Shown here piece after piece: positions 54,231-56,439 of a stretch of 56,439 nt of DNA. The position numbers and the translations under genes are program-made. The notes below the pieces were generated by a model. The model was not told the origin of the DNA. It worked only from the letters and a program-made list of their open reading frames with translations, and made no database searches. Position 1 is the stretch's first letter. The number at the start of each line of letters is the position of its first letter. Source of the stretch: an uncultured virus (IMG/VR IMGVR_UViG_3300037225_000630) (taxonomy: Duplodnaviria; Heunggongvirae; Uroviricota; Caudoviricetes); the IMG/VR virus record IMGVR_UViG_3300037225_000630; one strand, given 5' to 3'.

Positions 54231-55733
54231 TTAGAGCCCTCTTATGTTAGTAATCTGTATTAATCCAAAATATCCAGGATTTAATATTACGTAGTCACCA
54301 AAAGAAGCTAGTCCAGCTTCCTTATAGAAGTTCTTCCTCTGTAGAGCACCAGTTGAGAAGAATGGAACTAGAGTACCAAAAGCTACAGAAACGTCAGCCT
54401 CGTTATTCTCGTTCTTCCACACACACATCAGTGTATTTTCAGGTAATATTGCTTTAGGTACCTTGAATACTGGAATACCGTACAACTCGCCAACCTGATA
54501 TCCACCAATACGGGGCTGTTGACCCTTTGTGGTAAATCCAGCATTAAGACGAAGGTAAGTAACAGCAGCAGGACCACCAACAAGACGAGATACACCACCA
54601 CGGTTTAATGCGTTGTACATAACGTCACCGACTCTCTCAATTGCTTGGGAAATAGTCTGTGCAGTATGGATATAGCTGTCTTGTGTACCAGCACCAGCCT
54701 CAGCATCGAAAACGATAGGAGCATAACCGTTCGTAGTAGCAGATGCATAAGCAACCTTTACTGCGAAGAAGTCTAGTGATTTCTTGATTTCCTGTCCAGC
54801 AGCATCCATGATGACTTCTTCTGTGCTAACACCGACTGTGGAGTCTAATACTAGCTCAGAAAGTGTTGTCCATGTTACACCAAGCGTCATAGGACGAACT
54901 TGGAACTGGTAGGAAAGCATTGTCAACTCAACTTCGCCTAAGTAGGTTCCAGTTAAGTCCTTCTCTGAGTTATACCTACCAATAGCGTTAGCTATTGCAG
55001 TACCACCAGAGGCTACAGCGATAGTATATACCGTTGATGTAGTATCAATAGCTATAGAAGTAATACCAGAAGTTGAAGCTATTACCCAGTTAGCTGTAGC
55101 TCCACCAGGCTTATTCTCATATGCTAATACGTTGCCGTTCACATCATAGAGAATTGTATAACCAGGAATGAAGCCTTGTGTAAACTCACTAGCCTGGAAG
55201 GTAAGAGTGAAGTTTGAGCCTACGGAACCAGAGATTGATGGGCAGTTTGCCATCTCAGTTGGGAACCTTGATTGCTTTGACTCATATGTTACGTTAGGGT
55301 TAAAATTCAAACCAGCACCAGCAAATGAATCATCACGATTGATGTTAGTATTTGCTGTATATATAGGCTTGATATACTTGATTGAATCCTTAGCTGTCTC
55401 CATAGCAAACTCAGTAAAGAGTTTATCACGAATTGAGTTTGGATAAGCAAGCCTTACCAAACGAATCATGTTCTCAGGAGTAGCAGCGAAAGCTGAGCTG
55501 TATGTAGCCTCAGATAATCGTGCCATTGCTCTAGCCTGATTCTCCAAAAGAATAGCTAAGTTTCGAGCCTTCCGCTCGTTCATTGTTTTAAGGCCGGGTC
55601 CAATCTCTGGAACTCTCGACCATTTCTCTACATATCTATCAGCACGATTAGTCTTCTCATTCAAAGCCTCAATAGTGGCCTCATCATAAGTAGTTTTACG
55701 TACTGATTCTCTCATTGCACTTCTCATACCCAT
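54231..55733 (-). CDS. Major capsid protein (T4 gp23-like)
   Basis: EKW..LAILLENQ, LVRLAYPN, L..TWT.L.E, EIKK.LD, VGEL.GIPVF, strong codon bias. Confidence 0.9.
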   Translation of the reverse strand: MGMRSAMRESVRKTTYDEATIEALNEKTNRADRYVEKWSRVPEIGPGLKTMNERKARNLAILLENQARAMARLSEATYSSAFAATPENMIRLVRLAYPNSIRDKLFTEFAMETAKDSIKYIKPIYTANTNINRDDSFAGAGLNFNPNVTYESKQSRFPTEMANCPSISGSVGSNFTLTFQASEFTQGFIPGYTILYDVNGNVLAYENKPGGATANWVIASTSGITSIAIDTTSTVYTIAVASGGTAIANAIGRYNSEKDLTGTYLGEVELTMLSYQFQVRPMTLGVTWTTLSELVLDSTVGVSTEEVIMDAAGQEIKKSLDFFAVKVAYASATTNGYAPIVFDAEAGAGTQDSYIHTAQTISQAIERVGDVMYNALNRGGVSRLVGGPAAVTYLRLNAGFTTKGQQPRIGGYQVGELYGIPVFKVPKAILPENTLMCVWKNENNEADVSVAFGTLVPFFSTGALQRKNFYKEAGLASFGDYVILNPGYFGLIQITNIRGL

Positions 55734-55919
55734 AAAATTCTCCCTTTTAATAAAAACACGAGTACATAACAGTTAGGGGAATAAATTGTAGATTTAATCA
55801 ACGTAAAACTATTTTAGTTTTAGATATATCCATATTGGGATACATTTCTGGAGCATATTAACTCCAATTAAAATCAAACCCTAAACTCTAATTATTTAGT
55901 AATGTAATTCCTAATATGT

Positions 55920-56204
55920 TTATCTACCTGGATCAAACTCTGCCATATCTCTTCTAGCCCAATCTGAATCTCTCCAATCAGGGATTCCTTTATATCTATC
56001 TAAAACAGGGCCATCACCATAAGCTAAAAGTTGATTAGCCTTTTTAACTACGTCTTCATCCTCAGCCCTTCTACCACAATAGTCAGCTTTAAATTTTTGT
56101 AATGCTTCTTCATCATTATTTAGGTATTAAAGTAAGTCCTCAATGGAAGTAAATCCATCTGTACTCATTTCTATGAGCTTAATTGTCTTTAGTATCTGTT
56201 TCAT
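55920..56204 (-). pseudogene. Interrupted ORF upstream of the capsid gene
   Basis: ATG 56204, in-frame TAA at codon 26 (56127-56129), then 68 further sense codons. Confidence 0.5.
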
Positions 56205-56439
56205 TATTTTCCCCAAGAAGCTCCTGGCTTCCTATTAGCAAACATAGCACCTCTTTGTGCATCGGCTTTCTTCTTGCTTACAATACCATGTTTCTTACTA
56301 CCATTCTTTTTCTTACCGATGTTCTCATATCCCCCCTTTACTTTTTTAGTCTTTTCACCAATCTGGGTATTCTTACCTCTCTTTACATCATCTTCAGCAG
56401 CCTCAGGAGAGTTGTCAGTATCTTTCTCCTCATTACGAT
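56204..56439 (-). CDS. Basic hypothetical protein, 3' end only
   Basis: Open frame ...KHGIVSKKKADAQRGAMFANRKPGASWGK*, TAATG coupled to the next ORF. Confidence 0.65.
   Translation of the reverse strand, partial: RNEEKDTDNSPEAAEDDVKRGKNTQIGEKTKKVKGGYENIGKKKNGSKKHGIVSKKKADAQRGAMFANRKPGASWGK

Noticed and set aside
6637..55446. Other short overlapping ORFs in the track (e.g. 10343, 12859, 16869, 24554, 34561, 34613, 46715, 50361, 55168)
   Set aside because: Shadow frames of well-supported genes
1..56439. CRISPR array, integrase or IS element
   Set aside because: No regularly spaced repeats and no recombinase or transposase motifs were seen
1..56439. Stop-codon reassignment
   Set aside because: Long genes are intact in code 11, TAG/TGA/TAA all end genes at coupled junctions, and there is no suppressor tRNA

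Overview
AT-rich segment of a large lytic tailed-phage genome (T4-gp23-like capsid, contractile-tail-type baseplate genes, standard genetic code). From left to right: (1) a ~6.5 kb minus-strand RNA island with five tRNAs, two degenerate tRNA-like elements, a circularly permuted YrlA-like tRNA mimic, several large structured non-coding RNAs (including one of ~630 nt), a GIY-YIG homing endonuclease and a conserved 250-aa protein flanked by structured RNA; (2) small early/accessory genes with sigma70-type promoters; (3) a plus-strand replication block starting with an orphan C-terminal half of a family A DNA polymerase, then an SNF2-like helicase, a Tad2-like protein, DnaC-like and DnaB proteins, a lytic transglycosylase and a large probable internal head protein; (4) a minus-strand virion module (major capsid protein, homing endonucleases, tail chaperone with a probable +1 frameshift, tape measure, baseplate, spike, fibre) containing RecA/DnaX/UvsY-like genes. 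This module also carries a cluster of two radical SAM enzymes, a possible inactive radical SAM paralogue, a 21-Cys fibre-like protein and three glycosyltransferases. The best candidates for undescribed systems are the radical SAM/Cys-rich/glycosyltransferase virion-modification cluster and the protein plus structured-ncRNA/tRNA-mimic island. All calls come from reading motifs and base-pairing by eye; no searches or folding programs were run, and family names are from memory.
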